Positions 7,445 to 17,106 of a DNA stretch of 64,000 nucleotides are shown here, piece by piece. This DNA is from an uncultured bacterium (GTDB lineage: Bacteria > Bacillota_I > Bacilli_A > RFN20 > CAG-826). Made by a program: the position numbers and the translations under genes. Position 1 is the first letter of the stretch, and the number at the start of each line of letters is the position of its first letter. The notes beneath the pieces were generated by a model. It searched no databases, was not told the origin of the DNA, and was given only the letters and a program-made list of their open reading frames with translations. Location of the stretch: NCBI GenBank assembly GCA_949295325.1, contig CASFKG010000001.1, positions 263,665 to 327,664 on the forward strand. Direction: 5' to 3'.

Positions 7445-10171
7445 TCATTGCTTGCGTTTAACGGTTTCGATTCCGTATAGGTTTGAAAGTATATACGCAT
7501 CTGCCTTTTCGTTTGGCTTTTTCAGATTCCCAAGGACGCGCTTTTGTGTCTCGGGACTCCAATATATCTTTAGAGTTTCCTTGGCTCTTGTTATTGCGGT
7601 GTAGAAGACATTCAAATCGACCCTATCTTCAACCTCTCTGGAAATTACGACTTTGACCGATTTGTATTCCAGTCCTTGGGCCCGATGGACGGAAACGGCG
7701 TAGGCAATCTGAAATGGAATGACTGACGAATGGTTTGGAAAATCTTTCTCCCCAATATTTGGATCTTTTTTAACATCGAAAGATATAACGGAGTGTTCGT
7801 CATCCACTCGCTTTTCAAGCCGATAATACCCCAAGTCGCCTTCGTCGGAGACCGAGGCCTCTACTAAAACCTTGAAGTACATTCTTTCCGAATCTTCGTT
7901 GAGATCGATTATCTTCCCTTTGGTATTGTTGTGGATTAAGGAAGTGGAAGCCCACGCATCGTTAAACAAAATCGGATCGCCTATCTTGAAAGTATCGAAG
8001 CCATAGGTTACTGACTTTTCGTGGTTATTGGCCTGAAGCAGCTTATTTATATTGTTTATGCCATATAGCCCACCGTAATTGAGGCACAATATGATTTCGT
8101 CGTCGTCTTCCCGTTTAAACAAAGATTCGTCCAGTTTTGCAACGTAGCCGCCGGTTAAGAACAGTTCGTCTATCTTACCTTCGTTATTTCTGACCGCACC
8201 CCAAAGAGTCTTAAGATCATTGTTGGTCGAACGATAGGTATTCTTAAGTTCGATAACGTAGGGCCCCTTGAGGAAATATCTGGCAATGCCGAACCAGTTG
8301 CCGAATGTGATTGATTCGATTTGATACTCGTCGCCGGCTAAAACCAAGCAGTTGAATTTCCCCGCTTTCAAAATCGACATCATCTCGGAATTGTTGACCG
8401 TACTGCATTCGTCGATAAACAAAACATCGCAAGCAAAGCGATTTGGATCTTTGAGATATTTCGTAATTGTCGAATAACGGTGGTTTCTTTCCGTTTTTCT
8501 TTTAAGATTGTCAACTGCGGAATTAGTATTGGCCAAAAACACCATTTTTGCGTTGCCCCAAAAATTAGCGATGTGCTTCATCAATGTGGATTTGCCAGTG
8601 CCGGCAGAGCCATAGATAAAAGCTACCCTCGATTGGTCGAACATATGGATCATCGCATCTTTTTTCACTTCGTCGTCTATAGGATACGATCCTAGCCACT
8701 TCTTCACCTTTTCGGCATAACCGTCGATTCCAGAAGAAACATATGTCTTTAAGGTTTTGATTATTTGGGCTGTATCATCAGCATATTGGTCAATGTAGTA
8801 GAGGTTCTTTCCGAATATCCTTAAGCGGCGATTAGCGTGACCGGAATATAAGTTCTCGTTGTAACGTTTAATGCAATTATCAATATCTTGGAAGGAATCA
8901 AGATCGGATTTTTTTGTAAATATCTCCCTGTTGACCTCGGCATTGTTCTTTACCTGTCTTGCTAGGAATTCGTGTTCGCGGCCATCTGGTGGAATCGAAT
9001 ACAAAACATCGAAAAAGTCCGGATTATGATTGCAAAGCGAAGTACAAAAAGGCATTTTATCGAACGGGATGCAGCCTGGTTTTAAATACAGTCTCGATAA
9101 TGCTTTACATTGTTGTAATGCCGTTTGGTCTTTTATGACTTTGTTGTTCATCTTAAAAAGGAGATAACGGAGGACATTGCCACCTTTGGCGTCTTTTTTG
9201 CTTAAAATGATCTCTCTGCAGCAGTCAAGCAGAAGGCAGATCGGAGAACTCGATTTACCATTTGTCATCTCTTGTTTGAATGCTTCGTATCCCTCATCAT
9301 CCAGGGTAACAATGCGCGTAAGAGACATGCGCTTTTCCTTAATATAATTCATTAATGGCAGATAGTCAGAACCATAACCGATTCTGGTATTAAGCCGGCC
9401 AAACAAACAGGCAAAGTTATTTAGTTCACACGGACGTATGGAAACATAGTATTTATCTATCACGAGCATAGGCATATTCCTGCCTAGAATCCTGACAGTG
9501 CCGACGAAAGCCTCGACCTTGATGGAATAGTTGTCCATGACTTTTTCTTTGGAAAAGGCGATTACCCTTCCGAATTTGCTAGCATTATCAATAGCATTTC
9601 CCAAAGTTATTTGGTAATAGACTTTCTTGTTGGCAAAGAACGGTTTAACCCTATAGACGTAGTAACGGCCGTCCAGTCCCGCAGGTTTACGGGATCTGCT
9701 GGGGTTTTCAATCTCTTCGGCGACTTTTTCGTAGTACTCGGATTGTTCCTTGTCGGTATCTAACGGGAAATCATGAATGTTATGCAAAAGTTCAATGTTC
9801 CATCCATCCTTGGCAAACTTTTTGGCTGTGACAAGAAAAGGGAGATAGTGAAGCATGAGCCTCTCCGAATCTTCGCCCGTCAGTGTGAAATGGGAAACGG
9901 ATATCTGGAGCAATTTGTGAAATTTGCTGAGCCACTCGCATCTGGCTTCGGCTTCCTTCAAATACGGTTTGATTTCACTGTCCCATTTGTGAGGAATAGG
10001 TTTACCCTCCATAACTAGCATATTAGCCATGAAACCTTCGACGAAATTACGGAGATTCGAAAGGATGTTCTGACTTAAGAGGGAGCGTTTGTCGGGTTTG
10101 TCTTTAAACTCCTCGATATTATCACAAATGACTTGATCGGCGTAAAACATCGAATCGATAATATTGGACAT
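7445..10171 (-). CDS. SF1B (RecD/Pif1/AAA_30-type) helicase with an N-terminal domain of about 490 aa of unknown function
   Basis: Walker A AFIYGSAGTGKST, Walker B VLFIDECS, motif III LAGDEYQ, motif VI VHRAQGLEYKSV, C-terminal YTAITRAKETL. I recognise no motifs in the first ~490 aa. Confidence 0.75.
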   Translation of the reverse strand: MSNIIDSMFYADQVICDNIEEFKDKPDKRSLLSQNILSNLRNFVEGFMANMLVMEGKPIPHKWDSEIKPYLKEAEARCEWLSKFHKLLQISVSHFTLTGEDSERLMLHYLPFLVTAKKFAKDGWNIELLHNIHDFPLDTDKEQSEYYEKVAEEIENPSRSRKPAGLDGRYYVYRVKPFFANKKVYYQITLGNAIDNASKFGRVIAFSKEKVMDNYSIKVEAFVGTVRILGRNMPMLVIDKYYVSIRPCELNNFACLFGRLNTRIGYGSDYLPLMNYIKEKRMSLTRIVTLDDEGYEAFKQEMTNGKSSSPICLLLDCCREIILSKKDAKGGNVLRYLLFKMNNKVIKDQTALQQCKALSRLYLKPGCIPFDKMPFCTSLCNHNPDFFDVLYSIPPDGREHEFLARQVKNNAEVNREIFTKKSDLDSFQDIDNCIKRYNENLYSGHANRRLRIFGKNLYYIDQYADDTAQIIKTLKTYVSSGIDGYAEKVKKWLGSYPIDDEVKKDAMIHMFDQSRVAFIYGSAGTGKSTLMKHIANFWGNAKMVFLANTNSAVDNLKRKTERNHRYSTITKYLKDPNRFACDVLFIDECSTVNNSEMMSILKAGKFNCLVLAGDEYQIESITFGNWFGIARYFLKGPYVIELKNTYRSTNNDLKTLWGAVRNNEGKIDELFLTGGYVAKLDESLFKREDDDEIILCLNYGGLYGINNINKLLQANNHEKSVTYGFDTFKIGDPILFNDAWASTSLIHNNTKGKIIDLNEDSERMYFKVLVEASVSDEGDLGYYRLEKRVDDEHSVISFDVKKDPNIGEKDFPNHSSVIPFQIAYAVSVHRAQGLEYKSVKVVISREVEDRVDLNVFYTAITRAKETLKIYWSPETQKRVLGNLKKPNEKADAYILSNLYGIETVKRKQ

Positions 10172-10774
10172 ACTAATCCTCCTTCCTTTCGAGTGTTCAA
10201 ATCCTTTAACTGGTGCCCCATTTTCTAGCTTGCCCCTCTAAGGCGGGGATAATTTTATCCATAATGGGGCAAATGTTTGAAGCAAAAACGTATTTTCATA
10301 AAAAACTCTTCGAAACGAGCATGAGCTCATTCTTTGGGCGAATAAAAAAGAAGTATTCGAGGTGATGTGGCGATTCCAATTGCAACCAAGCAAAGTAAAA
10401 AATAGAAAGCCGGACTCCTTGTCGTATGAAATGTTAAAGAGACACCATAATATCTTTTTTGCGAATATCCTAGCCTAGATCTTACCGTTCCTACGAATTC
10501 CTAGACTTTAGGATTAATAATCATGTTATTAGCAATTACTTTGTCATCATTTAAAACAAATTGGCATAAAAAGGATGCCATGCAGTGTACCGGTGACGAA
10601 GTAAGCGCCAATTCAAAATATCAGCATCTTGCCAGTCATGTCCGAAGAAAAGGGGCATGGTTAAAGTTCGCTGGGTTATATGATTTTTATATAAGCGAAT
10701 CCTTTGTTTTTAATTGCCTCAGAAGGAGGTAGCTGACGTTCAGGATTTAAGAATGAAAGTTTCCTCTGATAAGC

Positions 10775-11247
10775 TCAGTCCTTCTGCCTTTCTTTTAAAA
10801 CATTAAGAACCGATCCGCCCCAAGTTTCCGAACCGTTGTCGGATATCTTTTTTGCCGGATTGCCGGCAATGCAGATGTTCGGCGTTTTAAAGGATTTATT
10901 CACCAACGAGTCGGCGCCGATGGCGATTCCGTCCGCTATGGACACCCCCCAACCAGCGTGGAACCGGTGCCGATCGTTACGTTGTCGCCGATATCGGGAC
11001 TTGAGCCGTCATGGCCGCCGGCAACAAGAGAAACGTTGAACTGGACCGAAAAGTTCCTGCCTATGCGTGTCGCATTGATCATGATGTTATGCGGGTGGAA
11101 CATCAGAAAACCGGGCTCTATTACATTAAGGGGCAGGAAAACGCTGTACTTACGGGAAATCTTTGCCCTTAGGTATTTGATTAGAAACGCAGATAGTTTC
11201 CTTCCTCTTTTCCTAAGATATTCTTCTTTCCTTAATAGCGAGACCAT
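10775..11247 (-). pseudogene. Hexapeptide-repeat sugar/serine O-acetyltransferase (WcaB/CysE-like) interrupted by a frameshift at a C6 (G6 on the coding strand) tract
   Basis: One frame reads ...HPHNIMINATRIGRNFSVQFNVSLVAGGHDGSSPDIGDNVTIGTGSTLVGG and stops. The hexapeptide continues in another frame as VSIADGIAIGADSLVNKSFKTPNICIAGNPAKKISDNGSE. The junction is the cccccc run at 10945-10950. Confidence 0.6.
10945..10950. repeat. C6/G6 homopolymer at the frameshift point of the acetyltransferase gene
   Basis: gacacccccc aacc, read directly; adding one base or removing two restores the hexapeptide reading frame. A second G6 run sits at 11278-11283, about 31 nt upstream of the gene start. Confidence 0.6.
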
Positions 11248-11436
11248 CTTCCAAGCAATGGCGCGTTCAGATAAAACGGGGGGCGAAAAATAATCGGATG
11301 CTTATATCCATATAGAGAACCCTCGTATTCAATGAGTGCTTAGTAATTCTTAGCAAGACTTTTCATAAACATCGACAATCTGTTCAAAAAGGCCTCTTTT
11401 ATAACCATACAAGTCCGAGAAAAGGCAGGTGAGGTT

Positions 11437-12711
11437 TCAATCGTTTTGGGCGAAAATAGATAATGCATTTACCAACATTTTCTTGCACTTGCGGAAACAT
11501 CTTTTTAAAAATTGTTTAATTAAGGTATAGGAGTAATAGGGTAAAGAAAGCGTTTTTCCTGCTCTTCTTTCAAAATTCTGAGAAACGAACCATTTTAACT
11601 CCTTTGGGAGATTCTCGGTCCCGTAATGACGAAGAGCCGTATTTTTAATATCAGCAAAAATAGAAACCTTATCCGGGGCTAAAAGAGCATGACGAATGCT
11701 CTTTTTTAAGGTATTAAAATCTATATCTGGAAGCCCTATGAGCGATGTGTCACAACCGTTTGCTTTGCCAGCCAAAAACGAACGACAGCACTTTTCGCAA
11801 TGGCCACAGTTTTCCCCGCTTTTGTCCTCCCAACAAACGTGAAGGTTTAGCCTAATGGCGTTCTCAGAACAGAAATCACTTATAGTCTTGACCTTTTCAC
11901 ATCTGGCTGCTTCGAAACCCGAATGAATAACCTCGAGGCCACCAAGCGCGAAAGCCTCGTCGGCATCAGGATTTGAAGAACAAGGAAAACGGGATTCTGC
12001 TGTAAAACTTGCTGCGATAAAAAGGTATTTCAAACCTAAGGCATATGCTGGGCAAGCTGCCAAAGAAAGTAGGGCCTGGCCATGTTCAAAATCATGCCAC
12101 CATTCAAAGCCGTGCTTGCCAACTATTCCAGTAAGATAACCCTCGTTGATGACTTTCCGGAAATTCGATGTAATTGAATGAAGTTTCTTTTTGAAGGCAC
12201 GTGCTGTTTCTCGAGCGCCGTCGTAAACTCGCTCCCACCCAGTTTCATCTTCAACCGGAATATCGCTTCCGTGAACGATAAATAAATCACTGATAGATTT
12301 TCTTTCCTTTATTAGGGAATAGGTCGCGTCAATACCATTTGAAAACAACAATCCGCCGCCGCTTAAAGATTTATTGTTATCAACAATTTGCTTTGCTATG
12401 ACACTTCCGCCTAAAGGCTTAAGACCAGGATCTTTTTCGTACGCTTTTCTAATGGCTTCAACCCTTTCGAGGTACGTTTTGTCCAATTCGTCTACATGGA
12501 TACATGCGTCGAGGACAAAAGCAATCGGTAAAAGCAACCCCAAGGCAGGAATAACACAAATTGAATTAGGAACCGATGATATGTCATCGCTATAATCGGT
12601 CTTCAAAAACGTGGGATTATTTGGGAAAAGTGCGCTTGGACAATCAATTCCCTCGATTTTTAGTGAAATGCTATGACGCGTTCTAGAATCAACGTGAATA
12701 TAGAAGTCCAT
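11437..12711 (-). CDS. PP-loop ATP-pyrophosphatase-like protein (QueC/N-acetyl-sugar amidotransferase WbpG-like) with an atypical P-loop
   Basis: Degenerate PP-loop LFSNGIDATYS in place of SGGxDS. QueC-like zinc motif CGHCEKCC (CxxCxxC). It sits at the edge of a polysaccharide cluster. Confidence 0.4.
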   Translation of the reverse strand: MDFYIHVDSRTRHSISLKIEGIDCPSALFPNNPTFLKTDYSDDISSVPNSICVIPALGLLLPIAFVLDACIHVDELDKTYLERVEAIRKAYEKDPGLKPLGGSVIAKQIVDNNKSLSGGGLLFSNGIDATYSLIKERKSISDLFIVHGSDIPVEDETGWERVYDGARETARAFKKKLHSITSNFRKVINEGYLTGIVGKHGFEWWHDFEHGQALLSLAACPAYALGLKYLFIAASFTAESRFPCSSNPDADEAFALGGLEVIHSGFEAARCEKVKTISDFCSENAIRLNLHVCWEDKSGENCGHCEKCCRSFLAGKANGCDTSLIGLPDIDFNTLKKSIRHALLAPDKVSIFADIKNTALRHYGTENLPKELKWFVSQNFERRAGKTLSLPYYSYTLIKQFLKRCFRKCKKMLVNALSIFAQND

Positions 12712-12733
12712 AACAATTCAATTATGCGAGTGA

Positions 12734-14719
12734 CTAATCGAATGTTTCAAGTACGCTATAATCAAAACCCAAGTGTTCAAAGACGAGCGTATCTAAAGTA
12801 CCTTTGAAGGATATTAAATATTTGTCAAAGTCACTGATATTGTCATAATTCTTAAAAAAGATAAAGCCGGAAGGTTTTATCCATTCGAATATACCTTCTA
12901 CTTTAAAATTATAATTACCAAACGCAATCGTTGGAGTGGAGGTAAGATATCCGAAGACCATCCCATGCAGCCTGTCAGTGACAACAAACTTAGAGTTCGT
13001 ATAGTGCCGTAAAAACCTTTTTAGAATTTTTTCCCGATTAATCGGCGTTATGCGAATAGGCAAATTAGTGTCTATTCTTTCAACGGCGGAGCCGGATTTC
13101 GAAATAGAGTCCAACATTTCATTTGAAAATTGATCCGGCATGGCTTTTTCAACATCATTTCTCAAAACAGCTAAACATTTATCTTCCCTTGTAGCTTTTG
13201 ATTTGAAAGGCTCTAGACGAAGAGCCATGTCAGGGCAGAGCCGGATATCGCACGAAGGAAAATATGTCCTAGCAGTGACGAGCGAAAAACGCTCGCGAAC
13301 AAACAATACTAATCGCTTGCTTTCGGAATAAAAAAGCGATGACAAATGGAGCTCCGTTTTGCCATCCTCATCACTTGTGAAAAAAACTGTTTGTGGGAAA
13401 ACGGCAGTCTTCGTATTGGGAAAATCATGTATAACCATTCTTCTCAGAAGCTCCTCAGAAAGATACTGATTGCCCAGATTGCCGCCGCCATGCAAATAAA
13501 TAATTCTAGGATCCTTGGTTTTTAGAATCGATCGGAAGGAAAGATAGAAGGATCCGGGAATTTCTATAACATGCTTCTTGCCATATTTTTTGTGTAAAAA
13601 GGAAAGCGAAGAAATTGCAATGGCTTGGTCCCCCAAATTGCCGTGGAGTGGCGTACCAATAAACAAAACAGAACCGTTCCCAAAAAAGCAGATCTTGACT
13701 TTTATTAAAATTTTCAGCCACCACAAAAGAGGGTGTTTAACTGATCGGGCAAATGATTTTAGAAGGTTTTCAACCTTAATAAAGAATTTATAGGCTCGTA
13801 AGGAAAAAAGGTAGGAAATCCCAAGGCAAAAAGCATGCCATTTAATATGGAAAAGATTTTTAGAGAGGGCTGAACGAAATTCATTGTTCCATGTCTTAAA
13901 TGCAACCTGGATGTCTTTGTTTGCTGATATTTGTTCCCACGCTTTAACACCTAGTCTTTCGCACATGCAGGCGGCATCCGAAGCCAATTTCCAATTTTTC
14001 TTGGATGAATAAAAAGCAAATCTATCGAGAAAAGCCCAGTTTGCATCAAGCTTTTTTATATCAAATGGTCGTTTAGTAATTGATCCGGAACGGTGCCTGT
14101 AGTAATAGAGGCGGTCATGTATAACAGAGATGCTCTCACATTTCCAAACAATATGGTGAAAGCAAAATTCATCTTCGTGAATTCTACCATTTGGGTATCT
14201 AATCCCATTGAACAACTCTCGCTTATAAAGTTTGTTCCAAGCAACGACGGAACAAACACCAGGCAAAGAGGTATTTAGAAATTCATCTCTCGCTAGAACA
14301 ACATCTCTTTTAATGCGGTCATGAAACGCAAAATCACTTATGTTTTCGTAATAATCAAAATAATCGCATATGCACAAATCTGAAGAACCGATTTTCTTTA
14401 CAAGCGTTTCGATCATGAATGGAGACAGGAAATCGTCCCCATCAATGAAAACAATATAATCGCCAGTCGACAAATCAATCCCGGTATTTCTGGCAGCAGA
14501 CAGGCCTTCATTCAAGACCTTGTCGATTGTCACAAATCTATGATCTGTTCCAGAAAACAAATGAGCAATTTCTGACGTTCTATCATTTGAACAATCATTG
14601 ATAACTAGTACTTCAATGTTTTGATAAGACTGCTTTTGAATTGAAAGAAGACACGCGTTCAAAAACTGATCCACATTGTAGGCCGCAACAATTATTGAAA
14701 CTTTTGAACACATTTTCAT
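12734..14719 (-). CDS. Bifunctional protein: N-terminal GT2 glycosyltransferase fused to a C-terminal polysaccharide pyruvyl transferase
   Basis: N-terminus VSIIVAAYNVDQFLNACLLSIQKQSYQNIEVLVINDCSNDRTSE (GT2). C-terminal half carries FIGTPLHGNLGDQAIAISSL (pyruvyl-transferase-like GNxGD). Confidence 0.65.
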   Translation of the reverse strand: MKMCSKVSIIVAAYNVDQFLNACLLSIQKQSYQNIEVLVINDCSNDRTSEIAHLFSGTDHRFVTIDKVLNEGLSAARNTGIDLSTGDYIVFIDGDDFLSPFMIETLVKKIGSSDLCICDYFDYYENISDFAFHDRIKRDVVLARDEFLNTSLPGVCSVVAWNKLYKRELFNGIRYPNGRIHEDEFCFHHIVWKCESISVIHDRLYYYRHRSGSITKRPFDIKKLDANWAFLDRFAFYSSKKNWKLASDAACMCERLGVKAWEQISANKDIQVAFKTWNNEFRSALSKNLFHIKWHAFCLGISYLFSLRAYKFFIKVENLLKSFARSVKHPLLWWLKILIKVKICFFGNGSVLFIGTPLHGNLGDQAIAISSLSFLHKKYGKKHVIEIPGSFYLSFRSILKTKDPRIIYLHGGGNLGNQYLSEELLRRMVIHDFPNTKTAVFPQTVFFTSDEDGKTELHLSSLFYSESKRLVLFVRERFSLVTARTYFPSCDIRLCPDMALRLEPFKSKATREDKCLAVLRNDVEKAMPDQFSNEMLDSISKSGSAVERIDTNLPIRITPINREKILKRFLRHYTNSKFVVTDRLHGMVFGYLTSTPTIAFGNYNFKVEGIFEWIKPSGFIFFKNYDNISDFDKYLISFKGTLDTLVFEHLGFDYSVLETFD

Positions 14720-15100
14720 GTATAAATTAGCGTAACTTTCTCTTCCCTAAAAATTGTCAACTAAAGTGCATAAGGGGAATTTGGAGGCTTTGGAGGTAGA
14801 TGCTTTTACAAATTAAATTTCATTTATTGTTTTCAGGAAAGCGCAGTTGCCAGACTCTATTCATGCCCTTTTATTTTAATGTTTTTCGCTTGTGCAGGCT
14901 ATAACCACATAAAAAGACCAGGGGCATAGACAATAATCGATGAAATTAATTTGTCTTTTTCTAGTTCCTTTCGTGACAGAGGAATTTTTCAGGATATAAG
15001 GGTACGCACTCTAGCGCCATGATCGATTTCTTAGCCTAGGAGTGTGGCATTCAAATCTACCCTACTAGTTACTATATTAAGGACACTAAAAACAGAGGAA

Positions 15101-16648
15101 TTAATTGGCAATTTTTCCCCGTTTCTTTTTAACGATAATAGTCAGATGTTGCCAAATGTATTTCAAGCCTTGGAAATTCAGTAGCCCAAAGAATATAAAA
15201 CCTATAGAAAGGGCGAGGATAAGGTCAAGCAGCAAGTCCGCGATCAGTATGGTTGTATTAATCAAAGACGCGAGAAAATATAATCCTGTTCCGCCGATCA
15301 TAATAATTGCGAGGCGAATAAACATTTCAATAAGATAATTCCTCGATGAAGTCAGAAAAACGTCACGATAAAGAATCATGGGCTCTCGCCAATAGGCGAA
15401 AACGATTCTTGAAATGCTAGTAGAAATTAAAATGCCAAAAATTCCAAGGAAGTATCCTAAAAGCACAGACAAAGCGAGATTAATAATAGTCGATACAACG
15501 GGCAACCATTTGACTTGGTCGAAAATTCCTGCAGTTTCCCGAAAAACCCATGTGTTTTGTTTTACGTTGCTTGTCACGAAAGCCAAGACAATTGCAAACA
15601 AAGTTGGAAAATCTAATAGATACTCTATCCCATAGCTAAACAAAATAAATTTGTTAAAGCATGCAAAAAAACAAAAAGCACATACGCCTGCAATAAAAAT
15701 ATTGATTTGTTCGAACGTATTGAACAAAGACAATTTTGCTTCAGGGGTTGGTGCTTCAAGCATGTAGTTCCCTACACTTGCTTTCACCGAAGCATAAATA
15801 ACATTGATAAACGAAACGACGCTGTTTACCATCGCTAGATAATTTGAATACAGGCCAACACTTATTGTGCCAACCAATATAGAAATCAATATATTGTCCG
15901 TGTTGTTCTGCAGTATGCCACAGACACGATAAATGAATGTAGACCTGACATTTCTGCCTATTTCTTTTTTGTCGGCATTAGAAAGAGGTTCCTTAGGCTT
16001 GTTTCGCAAAAATGGATAGAAATGGTTGGTTGCAATTGACTTGCAAAAATTCCCAATCAGATTGGTTCCTATGCCGACTGCAATGTAGATAAAATAATTC
16101 CTGAAAAGAATTAAAAACAAAATTCTCAAACCAAACTTTGCTATCTCAAATGCTAACCCAACAATATTTAATAAATAGGACTTTTGGTCAGCTGAAAGCA
16201 GTGTTGTTTTATAGACAAATAGATAAGAAGAGGAAGCTTCTATAACGAATAAAACGTAATACCATGTGAGATAATCAATGTTGGATGGAAGGTTTACGAT
16301 ATAAGGTAATAAGGGGATAAAAGCCAAACCGATGATAAGAATTGCGGCGGCAATGATTAAATAAACTTTCCTGAAAAATCGAACAAGTTGTGTGGTTTTA
16401 ATTTCGTCGTGCTCTTTGAGTGGCTTGTAGAAAGAAAACATCATTGCGGTAGCAATGCCCAAATCTGCTAATGAGAAAAGGGAAATTACATTTGAAAATA
16501 GACCGTTGATGCCAAGGTAAGAAGCATCAAGATACTGGACAAAAATAACCCGGGCTACGTAGTTTAGGACCAGAGAAACTATTGACAATGCAATAGAAAC
16601 AACAACGTTTTTTGTTGTTTTGACCGTCCTACTTCCGCTGCCAGACAT
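15101..16648 (-). CDS. wzx: Wzx-type polysaccharide flippase (MOP/PST family)
   Basis: 515 aa, polytopic, typical oligosaccharide-flippase-like hydrophobic profile, inside a glycosyltransferase cluster. Confidence 0.7.
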   Translation of the reverse strand: MSGSGSRTVKTTKNVVVSIALSIVSLVLNYVARVIFVQYLDASYLGINGLFSNVISLFSLADLGIATAMMFSFYKPLKEHDEIKTTQLVRFFRKVYLIIAAAILIIGLAFIPLLPYIVNLPSNIDYLTWYYVLFVIEASSSYLFVYKTTLLSADQKSYLLNIVGLAFEIAKFGLRILFLILFRNYFIYIAVGIGTNLIGNFCKSIATNHFYPFLRNKPKEPLSNADKKEIGRNVRSTFIYRVCGILQNNTDNILISILVGTISVGLYSNYLAMVNSVVSFINVIYASVKASVGNYMLEAPTPEAKLSLFNTFEQINIFIAGVCAFCFFACFNKFILFSYGIEYLLDFPTLFAIVLAFVTSNVKQNTWVFRETAGIFDQVKWLPVVSTIINLALSVLLGYFLGIFGILISTSISRIVFAYWREPMILYRDVFLTSSRNYLIEMFIRLAIIMIGGTGLYFLASLINTTILIADLLLDLILALSIGFIFFGLLNFQGLKYIWQHLTIIVKKKRGKIAN

Positions 16649-17106
16649 GACCCATGAATGCTATTCATTCGTAGTACTATTTTCAAGACATATCAAAAGA
16701 GCAAATTAATCGAAACACACAATGAAGCCAATATAAGTCCAAAGATGTTGCAAATTGTTGTGGATTCTAAAAGTTTTTAGGCAAGACGTATCTGAGAAAA
16801 GACATAATTTATGTTAGAAGTCTCCAACTTTTGTCTCCGCGCATAAGCGGTCATCTTTTTTCAAAGAATTGGATAATTTTAGAGAAATAATGAAATTAGC
16901 CTATCCAGTTATAGAAATAATAAAATGATTAGCTGATATTTATGCGATATACATTGAAAATCGATTAAGTCTTTAAAAAGAGATCGGACGAAAGCCACAA
17001 ATTTTGCTTATCTATTTATCTACTTACAAAAATGCAATCTGTTATTCGGAAACTATTGGCGGGAAGGACTTGAAGAGGCTCCTAAAAACATCTTTGATCT
17101 TAATCA

